Below are positions 18,959 to 27,351 of a DNA stretch of 64,000 nt, one piece after another; positions within the stretch are counted from its first letter, which is position 1, and each line of letters starts with the position of its first letter. Location: contig JAQBRR010000002.1 in assembly GCA_028286365.1 (NCBI GenBank), positions 42,165 through 106,164 on the forward strand, in the 5' to 3' direction. A program made the position numbers and the translations under genes. The notes beneath the pieces are model-generated. The model searched no databases. It was not told where the DNA came from and was given only the letters and a program-made list of their open reading frames with translations. Source of the stretch: Candidatus Saccharimonadota bacterium. Its GTDB lineage: Bacteria; Patescibacteriota; Saccharimonadia; Saccharimonadales; Saccharimonadaceae.

Positions 18959-18990
18959 AGCAACTCCTTATATATAGGGGTTGCTTTTTT
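18959..18990 (+). terminator. intrinsic terminator after the response-regulator gene
   Basis: AGCAACTCC-ttatatata-GGGGTTGCT stem (9 bp, one G.U) followed by TTTTTT. Confidence 0.75.
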
Positions 18991-19037
18991 ACCAAGCTTA
19001 TGCTATAGTTTTATTAAAGGTAAATAAAAACAAACAT

Positions 19038-19730
19038 ATGTCATTAGAAAATCAATCACCATGGGCAGAACCAGCCCCAAAACCACCAGTTACTTCACAA
19101 CAAATGCTTGAGGCTCGCTATCCAGCCGATAGTGAAGAAATGGATGATATGGTTGTTATTCAAAAATCAGCCGAAGATGTGACGTTAGCTGACGATCCAT
19201 TCTCTCAAGGTAGCCGAGTGGTAGTAAAACGATCAAACGGACAACTAGAGTATAACTGGACAGTATCCGGTACTGAAACTCGTACTGACCCAACGACAAG
19301 TAAGCCTGTTGAATATAGAATTGTTCAAAAAACGGAGAACGGTACACTATTAACCAAAGCATTAAGACTTTCAGAATTAGAAGCAATCCGAGAAAAATTG
19401 GATGATAAGTTGAGACTTGATCTAGGAACCGAAGCTACCGAAGCTGCAGGCGTAGAATCACCACTTGATCTTGGTTATATAGAGGCAGTCCATAGTTCTG
19501 TCGATGGCCTTAGTGAAGGCGCCGTAGAGGGCGAAATTATCGATCCATTTGATGCATTGCCCAAAGGTGTTCAGGATGAAGTTACGAGATACAAGAATGC
19601 AGTTCAGTCTAAAGTTGATGCAGAGAAGAGTAAGGACTTTGCTGGTGCAGCTGACGCGGGTAGATGGATATATGAGGTAGGAAAGAGTATTTCTCCTCAA
19701 GCACAAGAGTTTGTAGGTTTTAAGCGATAA
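19038..19730 (+). CDS. hypothetical acidic protein
   Basis: The ORF-track start at 18981 lies inside the upstream terminator. The ATG at 19038 (MSLENQ...) follows TGcTATAGT. No family recognised. Confidence 0.55.
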   Translation: MSLENQSPWAEPAPKPPVTSQQMLEARYPADSEEMDDMVVIQKSAEDVTLADDPFSQGSRVVVKRSNGQLEYNWTVSGTETRTDPTTSKPVEYRIVQKTENGTLLTKALRLSELEAIREKLDDKLRLDLGTEATEAAGVESPLDLGYIEAVHSSVDGLSEGAVEGEIIDPFDALPKGVQDEVTRYKNAVQSKVDAEKSKDFAGAADAGRWIYEVGKSISPQAQEFVGFKR

Positions 19731-19756
19731 AAAATAGCCCCTAGGGGCTATTTTTA
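19729..19756. terminator. bidirectional hairpin between convergent genes
   Basis: AAAAATAGCCCCTAGGGGCTATTTTT, a perfect palindrome flanked by an A-run and a T-run, between the 19038-19730 ORF (+) and rpmA (-). Confidence 0.75.
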
Positions 19757-19768
19757 TTTGACTACAAT

Positions 19769-20041
19769 TTAGCTAACGACAACTTGTGTACGTGGGGCAG
19801 TTTTGCCTGTGAAACGACTCTTACGAATCTTGTTGAAAGATACCGTACCGTCGATTGCAGCGTGGATAGTGAAATCCTTGCTAATGAACGTACCAGGGCC
19901 TGAAAGCTTGGTTGAGCCAGTCTGACGTACCAATACTTCGCCTGTGCGAACTGTTTGGCCACCAAAACGCTTAACACCAAGTCGTTGACCGGCGTTATTG
20001 TGGATGTTTTTCGATGAACCACCTGCTTTGACGTGTGACAT
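19769..20041 (-). CDS. rpmA: 50S ribosomal protein L27
   Basis: 90 aa: MSHVKAGGSSKN..NAGQRLGVKRFGGQ.V..G..LVRQ.G. SD AAGGAG. Confidence 0.95.
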   Translation of the reverse strand: MSHVKAGGSSKNIHNNAGQRLGVKRFGGQTVRTGEVLVRQTGSTKLSGPGTFISKDFTIHAAIDGTVSFNKIRKSRFTGKTAPRTQVVVS

Positions 20042-20102
20042 GGTAACTCCTTAAAAATTTATAACAAAATCTAAGTAATTGTATCAAATATAGAGGTAAC
20101 GG

Positions 20103-21266
20103 TCAAGACTTAACGAGGACTAATAGTTCTCGAGCGACGATTTGGTCTTCGCGGTAGTAGAGAAGGTCGTTCTGGGAGACATTATGAAATTCGTGAGGCT
20201 TATAGCCAAATTGGGCAATTGTCGCAATGAACGGTAGGTGAGTAAATGAGCCGTCAACGGCCTTCCAGGCGGGAACGGCTATACAGATAGGGGTGCCAGT
20301 AGGTATTTGGGAACTAAGGTTCTTTAGAAATTCTGTAATGATATGGTTACAATTCTTGCGTACTTCCTCTAATTTTGGCATTGAAGGTGGTGCACTGAAC
20401 GGCTGACCGAGATATGTCTCAGCGATGACTGCATCAATAGGTGACTGCCACTTGGTCGTCATAGCGTCACCGCTGTGGAGGTCGCTATGAACATCGACGC
20501 GATGAGTTCGGGACAGCCATTCGAGATTTTCTTTACTGAAACTAATCATTTTATCAACAAGATCGGTTCCGTAGACGCTGTATCCCATCAATGAGGCTTC
20601 CTGCAGGATAACGCCAGTACCACAAAAGGGGTCGAGAATGCGTGCACCAGCCTGCGGGTGGGCGAGATTGATCATAATCTGGGCAAGTTTAGGTGGTAAC
20701 ATGCCGACAAAGGCATCACGCTTAGGGCGTTCCTGGTCCCGTTTGGCATATGCACTGATATTTTGGCCGCCAGTACTCTCGGCAACAACAATGCGCCCGC
20801 TACGGGCACGAATAATCAGTAATTCTACCTTATTGGCAGACAATCCAAGCTTGTTGTGATGGCTGGTTGCGGTCGATAGGGCAGGTTCGCTATTAGGAAC
20901 CAGGCGTAGGCTAACGCCAGACTTCTTTAATTTCTGCTTTAAGGTGATGCCGATCTTCTGGACTTCGCGAGAACTGACCTCAAAGCCATAGGCGCTCAGT
21001 CCAAGAGTGATTTTGCCTTCAGCTGAAGACCATTGATTGCTGTAGTATTGAATAACTTTTTGATTCACGCGCCCAAAGTCACCCGACGGGAGGTCGATGA
21101 CGACCTTGCCGGCCTTTAGCGTACCGCCAAGACTTTGAATATCGAGCAGGGGAGTGTCGATTGTAGCCGCAAGAGAAGATAGGGGAGTGACATTGCCACC
21201 ACCAAAAACCCTTTCCAGCTCGGCAATACCGAGTGCGGGTTGGCGGCCTAAAATAGAGACGTACAT
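20103..21266 (-). CDS. class I SAM-dependent RNA methyltransferase (TRM11/UPF0020-like, tentative)
   Basis: SAM-binding ILDPFCGTGVILQEA. I trimmed the ORF-track start (21380) to the ATG at 21266 (MYVSILG...), because the extension runs through a conserved noncoding hairpin and TGcTATAAT lies 6 nt upstream of 21266. Confidence 0.7.
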   Translation of the reverse strand: MYVSILGRQPALGIAELERVFGGGNVTPLSSLAATIDTPLLDIQSLGGTLKAGKVVIDLPSGDFGRVNQKVIQYYSNQWSSAEGKITLGLSAYGFEVSSREVQKIGITLKQKLKKSGVSLRLVPNSEPALSTATSHHNKLGLSANKVELLIIRARSGRIVVAESTGGQNISAYAKRDQERPKRDAFVGMLPPKLAQIMINLAHPQAGARILDPFCGTGVILQEASLMGYSVYGTDLVDKMISFSKENLEWLSRTHRVDVHSDLHSGDAMTTKWQSPIDAVIAETYLGQPFSAPPSMPKLEEVRKNCNHIITEFLKNLSSQIPTGTPICIAVPAWKAVDGSFTHLPFIATIAQFGYKPHEFHNVSQNDLLYYREDQIVARELLVLVKS

Positions 21267-21285
21267 AGGTGTATTATAGCATTTA

Positions 21286-21373
21286 CGGGTGGCGTTCGGT
21301 GGGGCAGCACCCAAAATTGTTTTTATTGTAATCGATAAAAAAATTTTAGGGGCAAACCGGACGACAGGACCCG
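21286..21373 (+). repeat. copy A of an ~88-nt long-hairpin element
   Basis: CGGGT-GG-CGTTCGG-TGGGGCAGCA-CCCAAAATT...TAAT...AATTTTAGGG-GCAAA-CCGGACG-ACAGG-ACCCG. Second copy on the opposite strand at 55800-55890, with compensatory stem changes. Confidence 0.7.
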
Positions 21374-21409
21374 CAAACAATAGTAATAATCAGGTATAAT
21401 ACGTTTAGT

Positions 21410-22447
21410 ATGTCATTTCGTTCATGGGTCACCGTTATCACGCTAATCTTGCTCGCACTTGTCGTGTTTCTTGGTCATAAGGAGATCTTGCGCGCTTTTC
21501 ATCTACTTGGCCACGTTAATATATGGATTTTACTACTGATCATCCCTGTTCAGCTGCTAAGTTACTACGCAACTGGGGGTATGATTTTTTCATATTTGCG
21601 TTCAAAAGGTAATCTCAAGGATACTTCGCATTGGGCGATTACGCGTATGGCTCTCGAACTTAACTTTGTAAATCACATCATCCCAAGTGGGGGAGCTGCA
21701 GGATTCTCGTATTTAGGCTGGGTGTTAAGTCGTTTTGGCGTCAGCGCAGGTCGGGCTACGATGGCGCAGATTGTCCGATTTACGATCGGTTTTGGTAGTT
21801 TTATTGTGCTACTTCTGATTGCAGTCGGCTCGCTTGTTTACGATAATCATATCAGTCGAGCAGTTATTATTATTACAAGTTCACTAACCGCTGCTGCACT
21901 GTTGCTATTTGCGCTCAGCATTTATATCATTGGAAACAATAAGCGACTTGAAAAATTCTCGACTTGGCTGACACGAACCGTAAACAAGTTTGTCTCGTTT
22001 GTTACAAGAGGCCGTAAAAAAAATACACTCAAAAAATCGACAATTGAACCGTTTTTTGTACAGCTACATGATGATTTCAATCAAATTCGTGCCGATAAGC
22101 GCATATTAATTAAGCCATTTGTTTGGGGTCTTGTAATGAATATATGTGATGTTGCACTACTGTCGATTGCCTTTATGTCGTTAGGATTCTGGGTAAATCC
22201 TGCGACGTTATTCGTTGCCTTTGGCGTATCAGGGGCTGCAAGTATTTTCTCGGTGACTCCTGGCGGTGCAGGCTTATACGAAGCTATAATGATTGCCTTT
22301 TTGGCATCCGCTGGTGTACATCCCGCAGAAGCAATCGCAGGCACGCTCCTTGCAAGAGTATGTCTGCTACTAGGAACGATCGTGTTCGGGTATGTTTTCT
22401 ATCAAATGACGATTGTGAAGTATGGAAAACGTCCGGTTAACAGTTAG
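21410..22447 (+). CDS. multi-pass membrane protein, flippase-like / lysylphosphatidylglycerol-synthase TM-region family (tentative)
   Basis: 345 aa with about 8 hydrophobic helices. The layout resembles UPF0104. TATAAT lies 9 nt upstream of the ATG. Confidence 0.6.
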   Translation: MSFRSWVTVITLILLALVVFLGHKEILRAFHLLGHVNIWILLLIIPVQLLSYYATGGMIFSYLRSKGNLKDTSHWAITRMALELNFVNHIIPSGGAAGFSYLGWVLSRFGVSAGRATMAQIVRFTIGFGSFIVLLLIAVGSLVYDNHISRAVIIITSSLTAAALLLFALSIYIIGNNKRLEKFSTWLTRTVNKFVSFVTRGRKKNTLKKSTIEPFFVQLHDDFNQIRADKRILIKPFVWGLVMNICDVALLSIAFMSLGFWVNPATLFVAFGVSGAASIFSVTPGGAGLYEAIMIAFLASAGVHPAEAIAGTLLARVCLLLGTIVFGYVFYQMTIVKYGKRPVNS

Positions 22448-23513
22448 CGATTTTATCGCGGTTACCAACCAGACGCTTGAGTATGCGTACCCGAGCGTTG
22501 AGGTTGAGGGTGAAGTATCATCCTTTAAAGTTAACCAAGGTAAATTTGTTTTCTTTGATATTAAGGATGCTGGTGGCAGTGTTGGTTGTTTTATGACGGT
22601 ATGGCAATTACGCGTGCCGATTGAAGACGGTATGAAGGTGATCGTGACGGCAACACCCAAACTCACACAATGGGGTAAGTTTAGCCTGACAGTTAAAGCA
22701 GTACGCCCAAGCGGCGAAGGTGCAATCAAGAAAAGTTTTGAAATATTAAAAGCCAAACTCGAAACAGAAGGTATATTCGACGAAGGACGTAAACGAACGC
22801 TACCAACTATTCCGACGTACGTGGCAGTTATTAGTAGTACGCAGGCTGCTGGTTATGCCGACTTTATAAAAATATTAGACGATCGTTGGGGCGGACTAAA
22901 AGTCGATGTGGCACATGTTCAAGTACAGGGCATCGATGCGCCTGATCAAATGATTCGTGCGCTCAATTATTTGAACGGAAGAGAAGAACTACCAGAAGTC
23001 ATCGTAATTATTCGCGGCGGTGGCAGTGCGGACGATTTATCAGCATTTAATGACGAAGAGTTAGTGCGCGCAATTGCCGCTAGTCGTGTGCCGACGCTTG
23101 TTGGTGTGGGGCATGAAGTAGACGAGAGTCTGGCAGATCTCGCAGCGGACGTTAGGGCGAGTACACCGAGTAACGCGGCACAAATATTAGTACCTGATCG
23201 CTACGAAATTATTCGAGCTGTCCGTTACCAAGTGCGGTCATTACTTCCTCGAGTTGAAAATGCTATAGAGCAGCAATCACAATTAGTACGAACGAGTCTC
23301 GCTGATATGCTCACGCGAACAGACGAGCATATTGATCACGAGCTTGAAAGACTGTCGGGCATTCAGAACGTACTGGCACAGTTAAATCCCCGTACAGTGC
23401 TTGCGAGAGGATATGCATTGGTTCGTGGCGTAGCTAAAGTCGGTCAGGTAATTGAGGTTGAAACAAATCAGACTATAATAAAAGCAGAGGTACAACATGT
23501 CGAAAGAAAATAA
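22422..23513 (+). CDS. xseA: exodeoxyribonuclease VII large subunit
   Basis: 363 aa with an N-terminal OB fold (VEGEVSSFKV.QGK.VFFDIKD) and IRGGGS..DL..FN. Followed by xseB. Confidence 0.9.
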   Translation: MENVRLTVSDFIAVTNQTLEYAYPSVEVEGEVSSFKVNQGKFVFFDIKDAGGSVGCFMTVWQLRVPIEDGMKVIVTATPKLTQWGKFSLTVKAVRPSGEGAIKKSFEILKAKLETEGIFDEGRKRTLPTIPTYVAVISSTQAAGYADFIKILDDRWGGLKVDVAHVQVQGIDAPDQMIRALNYLNGREELPEVIVIIRGGGSADDLSAFNDEELVRAIAASRVPTLVGVGHEVDESLADLAADVRASTPSNAAQILVPDRYEIIRAVRYQVRSLLPRVENAIEQQSQLVRTSLADMLTRTDEHIDHELERLSGIQNVLAQLNPRTVLARGYALVRGVAKVGQVIEVETNQTIIKAEVQHVERK

Positions 23514-23703
23514 ATCAATTCAAGATAAAATTACAGAACTCTCACAGTTAGTTTCGTGGTTTGATAGCGATGACTTTAAACTTGAAACAGCGATCGATAA
23601 GTTTAAAGAAGCAGAAACGCTCGCAGAGACAATTGAAAAAGATTTGAAAGCACTCAAAAATGACATTCAAATCGTCAAGCAAAAATTCGATAGCGAAGGC
23701 TAG
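23497..23703 (+). CDS. xseB: exodeoxyribonuclease VII small subunit
   Basis: 68-aa helical protein overlapping the xseA 3' end. ELSQLVSWFDSDDFKLETAIDKFKEA is typical. Confidence 0.85.
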   Translation: MSKENKSIQDKITELSQLVSWFDSDDFKLETAIDKFKEAETLAETIEKDLKALKNDIQIVKQKFDSEG

Positions 23704-23711
23704 TTAACCAG

Positions 23712-24224
23712 ATGATATGGATGTGGCTTGGTTGGGCGCTCGTCTTAACATTTGGCGTTGTCGTTTTTCGCGGTGCGCCGTACGTGCCGAGTCGACGTCG
23801 TTATATCAAGCAAGCATTTACCAAGCTCTATCCTTTAGGTAGTAAAGATGTACTTGTGGACGTTGGAAGTGGTGACGGTATCGTACTTCGCATTGCAGCG
23901 GAATATGGTGCACGGGCTATTGGACTAGAGCTAAATCCGGTTCTTGTATTGATCTCACGACTAATGTCGCGACGAGATAAGAAGGTCCAGGTGAGTCTCG
24001 TAGATTTTTGGCTGACGCCACTTCCTGATGAAACAACTATCGTGTATGCGTTTATGGTGACGCGAGATATCAAGAAAATAACCAAGAAGATGCAGAGTGA
24101 GGCTGATAGATTTGGTCGGCCACTCAAGTTTATTACCTATGGAAATCGCTTGCCGGGCCGTGAGTACGACAAGGCGCTGGTTGGGTATGCACTGTATACT
24201 TTCGTGCCTTTACAGATATCCTAA
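23712..24224 (+). CDS. small class I SAM-dependent methyltransferase with N-terminal TM
   Basis: 170 aa with motif I VLVDVGSGDGIVL. Confidence 0.6.
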   Translation: MIWMWLGWALVLTFGVVVFRGAPYVPSRRRYIKQAFTKLYPLGSKDVLVDVGSGDGIVLRIAAEYGARAIGLELNPVLVLISRLMSRRDKKVQVSLVDFWLTPLPDETTIVYAFMVTRDIKKITKKMQSEADRFGRPLKFITYGNRLPGREYDKALVGYALYTFVPLQIS

Positions 24225-24245
24225 CCATAAGTATAATAACGCTAT

Positions 24246-24911
24246 ATGAATCCCCAAGTTTTTCCGCAAGGCTCAGGTAAGCACGTCAATAAAACAATCA
24301 TTATTGTTGTTCTAGCGGTTGTACTTGCTGGTTTTGTCGGCCTGGCGATTTGGGCGCTTGTAAATTATAACGAACAAAAAACGAATGTTCAGGGCAAGGT
24401 TGATGATGCCGTTGCAATAGCTAAAAAAACTCAGGCTGATAATGACGAAGTCAAATTTGCTGCCCGTGATAAAGAACCAAACCGTGAATTCGTTGGGCCA
24501 GACGATTATGGAGCTCTTAGCTTTAATTATCCTAAAACGTGGAGCGTGTACATAAATAAAGATGCTAATACCTCAGGCGGAACGTACGAAGCATATTTGA
24601 ATCCAGTGAGCGTACCAGCAGTTTCAACAACCCAGCAGTACGCACTACGAGTGACGATTGAACAACAAGACTACAACACAGTGATTACAAGCTACAATAC
24701 TTTGGTCAAAACCGGTGCTTTACACTCAAGTGCTGTTGTTGCTGCAAATGGGGCAGATGGTACACGACTCGACGGTAACTTTACGAAAGATATTCGTGGT
24801 GCAGCTGTGATCTTCAAGATTAGGGATAAGACGGTGACACTACGAACTGATGCAAATACATTCCTACCAGATTTCAACGCATTAATTGCAACGATTAAAT
24901 TCAACCAATAA
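24246..24911 (+). CDS. membrane-anchored hypothetical protein
   Basis: 221 aa with a single N-terminal TM (IIIVVLAVVLAGFVGLAIWALV). No family recognised. Confidence 0.5.
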   Translation: MNPQVFPQGSGKHVNKTIIIVVLAVVLAGFVGLAIWALVNYNEQKTNVQGKVDDAVAIAKKTQADNDEVKFAARDKEPNREFVGPDDYGALSFNYPKTWSVYINKDANTSGGTYEAYLNPVSVPAVSTTQQYALRVTIEQQDYNTVITSYNTLVKTGALHSSAVVAANGADGTRLDGNFTKDIRGAAVIFKIRDKTVTLRTDANTFLPDFNALIATIKFNQ

Positions 24912-24958
24912 TTTCTACAATGATCGACAGGCTTTTAGCGTGTTAAACTAAATATAGT

Positions 24959-25699
24959 ATGGGTTCAACGCGAGGGAAGCATGAACAGCTGGTTGGGGGC
25001 ATTCTTGGTGACGGTCTACCGTCACTTATCGCTGCTGCGCATGAACTAAAATCTCCACTCGCGCTTGTTCGGCAACTTTCCTTGATGCTAGAGGCAGGTG
25101 ATATTACCGATGTTGAGCGGCAGCGTATGCTACGCCAGATTAGTCTGACGAGCGAGAGGGCGCTACGTCTAACAAGTGATCTCACCAGGTCGGCACGGCT
25201 TGATGATGCGTTATTTGAGCTAGAACCGATCAACCCGCAGGAATTATGTAAGGACATCGTGCATGAACTACGTCCGCTTTTTGAGGCGCATGGTCGCAAT
25301 GTTCGACTGGTCCCACATAAGCATCCGCTACTACTCGTCGCCAATCGTGATCTACTGCGACGGATAATCATGAACTTCGGTGATAATGCGCTTCATTATG
25401 CCGATTCAAAGGGCATTGTCGAAATCCAAATACATACATTACAATCAGGTAAGGTTATTCGTTTGGGCGTTCGCGACTATGGTCCAGCATTATCGAGTGA
25501 TATGTGGCGGTCACTCAAAACCAAGCTAGCACTTGCACCACAATCAGTTCATGCACGACCAGAAAGTAGTGGGCTAGGGCTATACATTGCAAGTCAATTT
25601 GCAGATGCAATGAACGGCGAAATTGGCGTGACGCGTCACCGTGATGGAGCGACATTCTATGTCGACTTATCATCATCTCAGCAACTGAGCCTGCTATGA
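24959..25699 (+). CDS. cytoplasmic histidine kinase core (no TM or sensor domain)
   Basis: 246 aa with H-box AAHELKSPL, N box NFGDNALHY and G boxes DYGPAL and GLGLYIA. Confidence 0.8.
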   Translation: MGSTRGKHEQLVGGILGDGLPSLIAAAHELKSPLALVRQLSLMLEAGDITDVERQRMLRQISLTSERALRLTSDLTRSARLDDALFELEPINPQELCKDIVHELRPLFEAHGRNVRLVPHKHPLLLVANRDLLRRIIMNFGDNALHYADSKGIVEIQIHTLQSGKVIRLGVRDYGPALSSDMWRSLKTKLALAPQSVHARPESSGLGLYIASQFADAMNGEIGVTRHRDGATFYVDLSSSQQLSLL

Positions 25700-26064
25700 G
25701 TAAGCAAACAGTACTTATTGTTGAAGACGATCCATGGTTAGCTGAACAACATGCACGGGTACTTACCAAAGCCGGTTATAAAACGTCAATCTCTCCCCAT
25801 GCTGAGGCGGCAATTGATGCAGTCGATGACGTCCATCCTGATGTGATCGTTCTTGATATGCTTCTCACTGGCAGCACGGCATTTGCACTTATGCATGAAT
25901 TACAATCTTATGGTGATACCAGTGTGATACCGATTATTTTATGTACTAATTTAGCGGCTGATATGAACCTCGACGACGTTAAGCCATATGGAGTACAACG
26001 CATGCTCGACAAGACATCAATGTTACCGGATGACGTCGTGACGGCAGTACGGAGTGTACTGTAA
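25696..26064 (+). CDS. single-domain response regulator (receiver only)
   Basis: 122 aa with VLIVEDD and VIVLDMLL. Its start overlaps the kinase stop (ATGA). Confidence 0.85.
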   Translation: MSKQTVLIVEDDPWLAEQHARVLTKAGYKTSISPHAEAAIDAVDDVHPDVIVLDMLLTGSTAFALMHELQSYGDTSVIPIILCTNLAADMNLDDVKPYGVQRMLDKTSMLPDDVVTAVRSVL

Positions 26065-26738
26065 TGAATTCTACGCGAACCCGAGCGATCGTGCTTCGCC
26101 GAACAAATTACGGTGAAGCTGATCGAATCCTACAACTGCTAACACCGGCTGGTAAGCGAAGCGTCATGGCTAAGGGTGTCAGGCGAGAAAAGTCACGTTT
26201 AGCTGGCGGAATTGAATTATTTGCGATTTGCGACGTGGTAATCGGAGAAGGGAAGGGTGATTTAGGGATCCTGACCTCAGCTCGTTTAATACAATTTTAT
26301 AGTCATATCATGCAGGATTATGATCGAATGCAGTTTGCGTATACGACGATTAAACTAATAACTAAGGCTAGTGAAATGGTTGATGAACCCGAATGGTATG
26401 ACATACTCGCTGAAAGCTTAATGGCACTCGATGCGCATTCCATCCCACTTGAGCTAGTCCAAACATGGTTCTATCTCCATTATGCGGGACTACTGGGACA
26501 TGAATTAAACCTGGACCGTGATCTAACAGATGCTAAATTGTCGGCTGAGCAGAAGTATCGATATGACGAGATCGAGCAAGGATTCCGTCAGGTTACAAAC
26601 GGAGAAATAGGCTCAGAGCATATAAAATTATTACGACTAATTGCTACTCGACCACTTAAGACATTAGCGCAGATTGGCGGAGTTGAGTCAATCATAGGTG
26701 ATTGTTTGATGATTGCGCGTCAACACGCGGCTGTATAA
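26064..26738 (+). CDS. recO: DNA repair protein RecO
   Basis: 224 aa. N-terminal OB-fold block (TRAIVLRRTNYGEADRILQLLT..GKRSVMAKGVRR.KS) is typical of RecO. Confidence 0.85.
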   Translation: MNSTRTRAIVLRRTNYGEADRILQLLTPAGKRSVMAKGVRREKSRLAGGIELFAICDVVIGEGKGDLGILTSARLIQFYSHIMQDYDRMQFAYTTIKLITKASEMVDEPEWYDILAESLMALDAHSIPLELVQTWFYLHYAGLLGHELNLDRDLTDAKLSAEQKYRYDEIEQGFRQVTNGEIGSEHIKLLRLIATRPLKTLAQIGGVESIIGDCLMIARQHAAV

Positions 26739-26760
26739 ATATTCAAAATTCAGGGGGAGT

Positions 26761-26785
26761 GCCCCGTCATTGGCTATGACGGGGC
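26761..26785. terminator. 10-bp hairpin between convergent recO and ORFan b
   Basis: GCCCCGTCAT-tggct-ATGACGGGGC. It overlaps the last codons of the minus-strand ORF. Confidence 0.55.
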
Positions 26786-27243
26786 TTGGCGGCAACATCC
26801 TCTCTTTTCTCAACAGAAGGCAGTTTGGCGAGCTTGCGCTCCAGGAGCTCTTGCTTGATCTTCTCGATTCGTCGTGAGACGACATCTTGACGGTTTTCAC
26901 CAGGATCTAGCTTGAGTACCCATCGGTACATCTTGAGTGCGGCAGGCAAATTGCCTCGCTGTTCGGCAATTGCACCGTTGGTGTACCAGAAATTGCCCTC
27001 GACGTGTACGTCGTAGGTTGAACACCGTTTTGCGAGCCCACGATAATACCGTGGAGTTTGAGTTGTCATCGTGACGGGTGACTTGCTGCGGACCGCCGCA
27101 ACTGCACCGTTAAGACAGAACATCAGATCTTTTCTGTACTCAGGCTTTCGCTGGTAGCGGGCTGCTACAACGAGTGCTTTTGATGGTTGCCCATCGAGTA
27201 CGTAGCTGAAGATCCGACTTGAAACTGTTGCTACAGAATCCAT
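26767..27243 (-). CDS. hypothetical protein, possible TPR-like helix pair; GC-shifted ORFan b
   Basis: 158 aa, antisense to the surrounding + operons. One counted line is 55% G+C. GNLPAALKMYRWVLKLDPGE is TPR-like. SD AAAGGACGG. Confidence 0.5.
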   Translation of the reverse strand: MDSVATVSSRIFSYVLDGQPSKALVVAARYQRKPEYRKDLMFCLNGAVAAVRSKSPVTMTTQTPRYYRGLAKRCSTYDVHVEGNFWYTNGAIAEQRGNLPAALKMYRWVLKLDPGENRQDVVSRRIEKIKQELLERKLAKLPSVEKREDVAAKPRHSQ

Positions 27244-27351
27244 CGACCACCGTCCTTTCTGTGTTTGGGTAGGGGAGTGGGAGGAAACTCAGCTATAAAG
27301 TATACCAGGTTATGGTTTTCATCTCTATTACTGGTATAATTGACCTTAATT

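Noticed and set aside
18981-19037. N-terminal extensions in the ORF track, at 18981, 21380, 35983, 45688, 58548, 27340 and 35383.
   Set aside because: The extensions use TTG/GTG starts and run through an upstream terminator, a conserved hairpin or the upstream gene. An internal ATG with a -10 or SD in proper register is available in each case, so I trimmed the calls.
19769-20041. rpmA stands without rplU upstream and is preceded by a methyltransferase gene.
   Set aside because: This is unusual relative to the common rplU-rpmA operon, but rplU may simply lie elsewhere in the genome. It cannot be judged from one window, so it is not reported as a finding.
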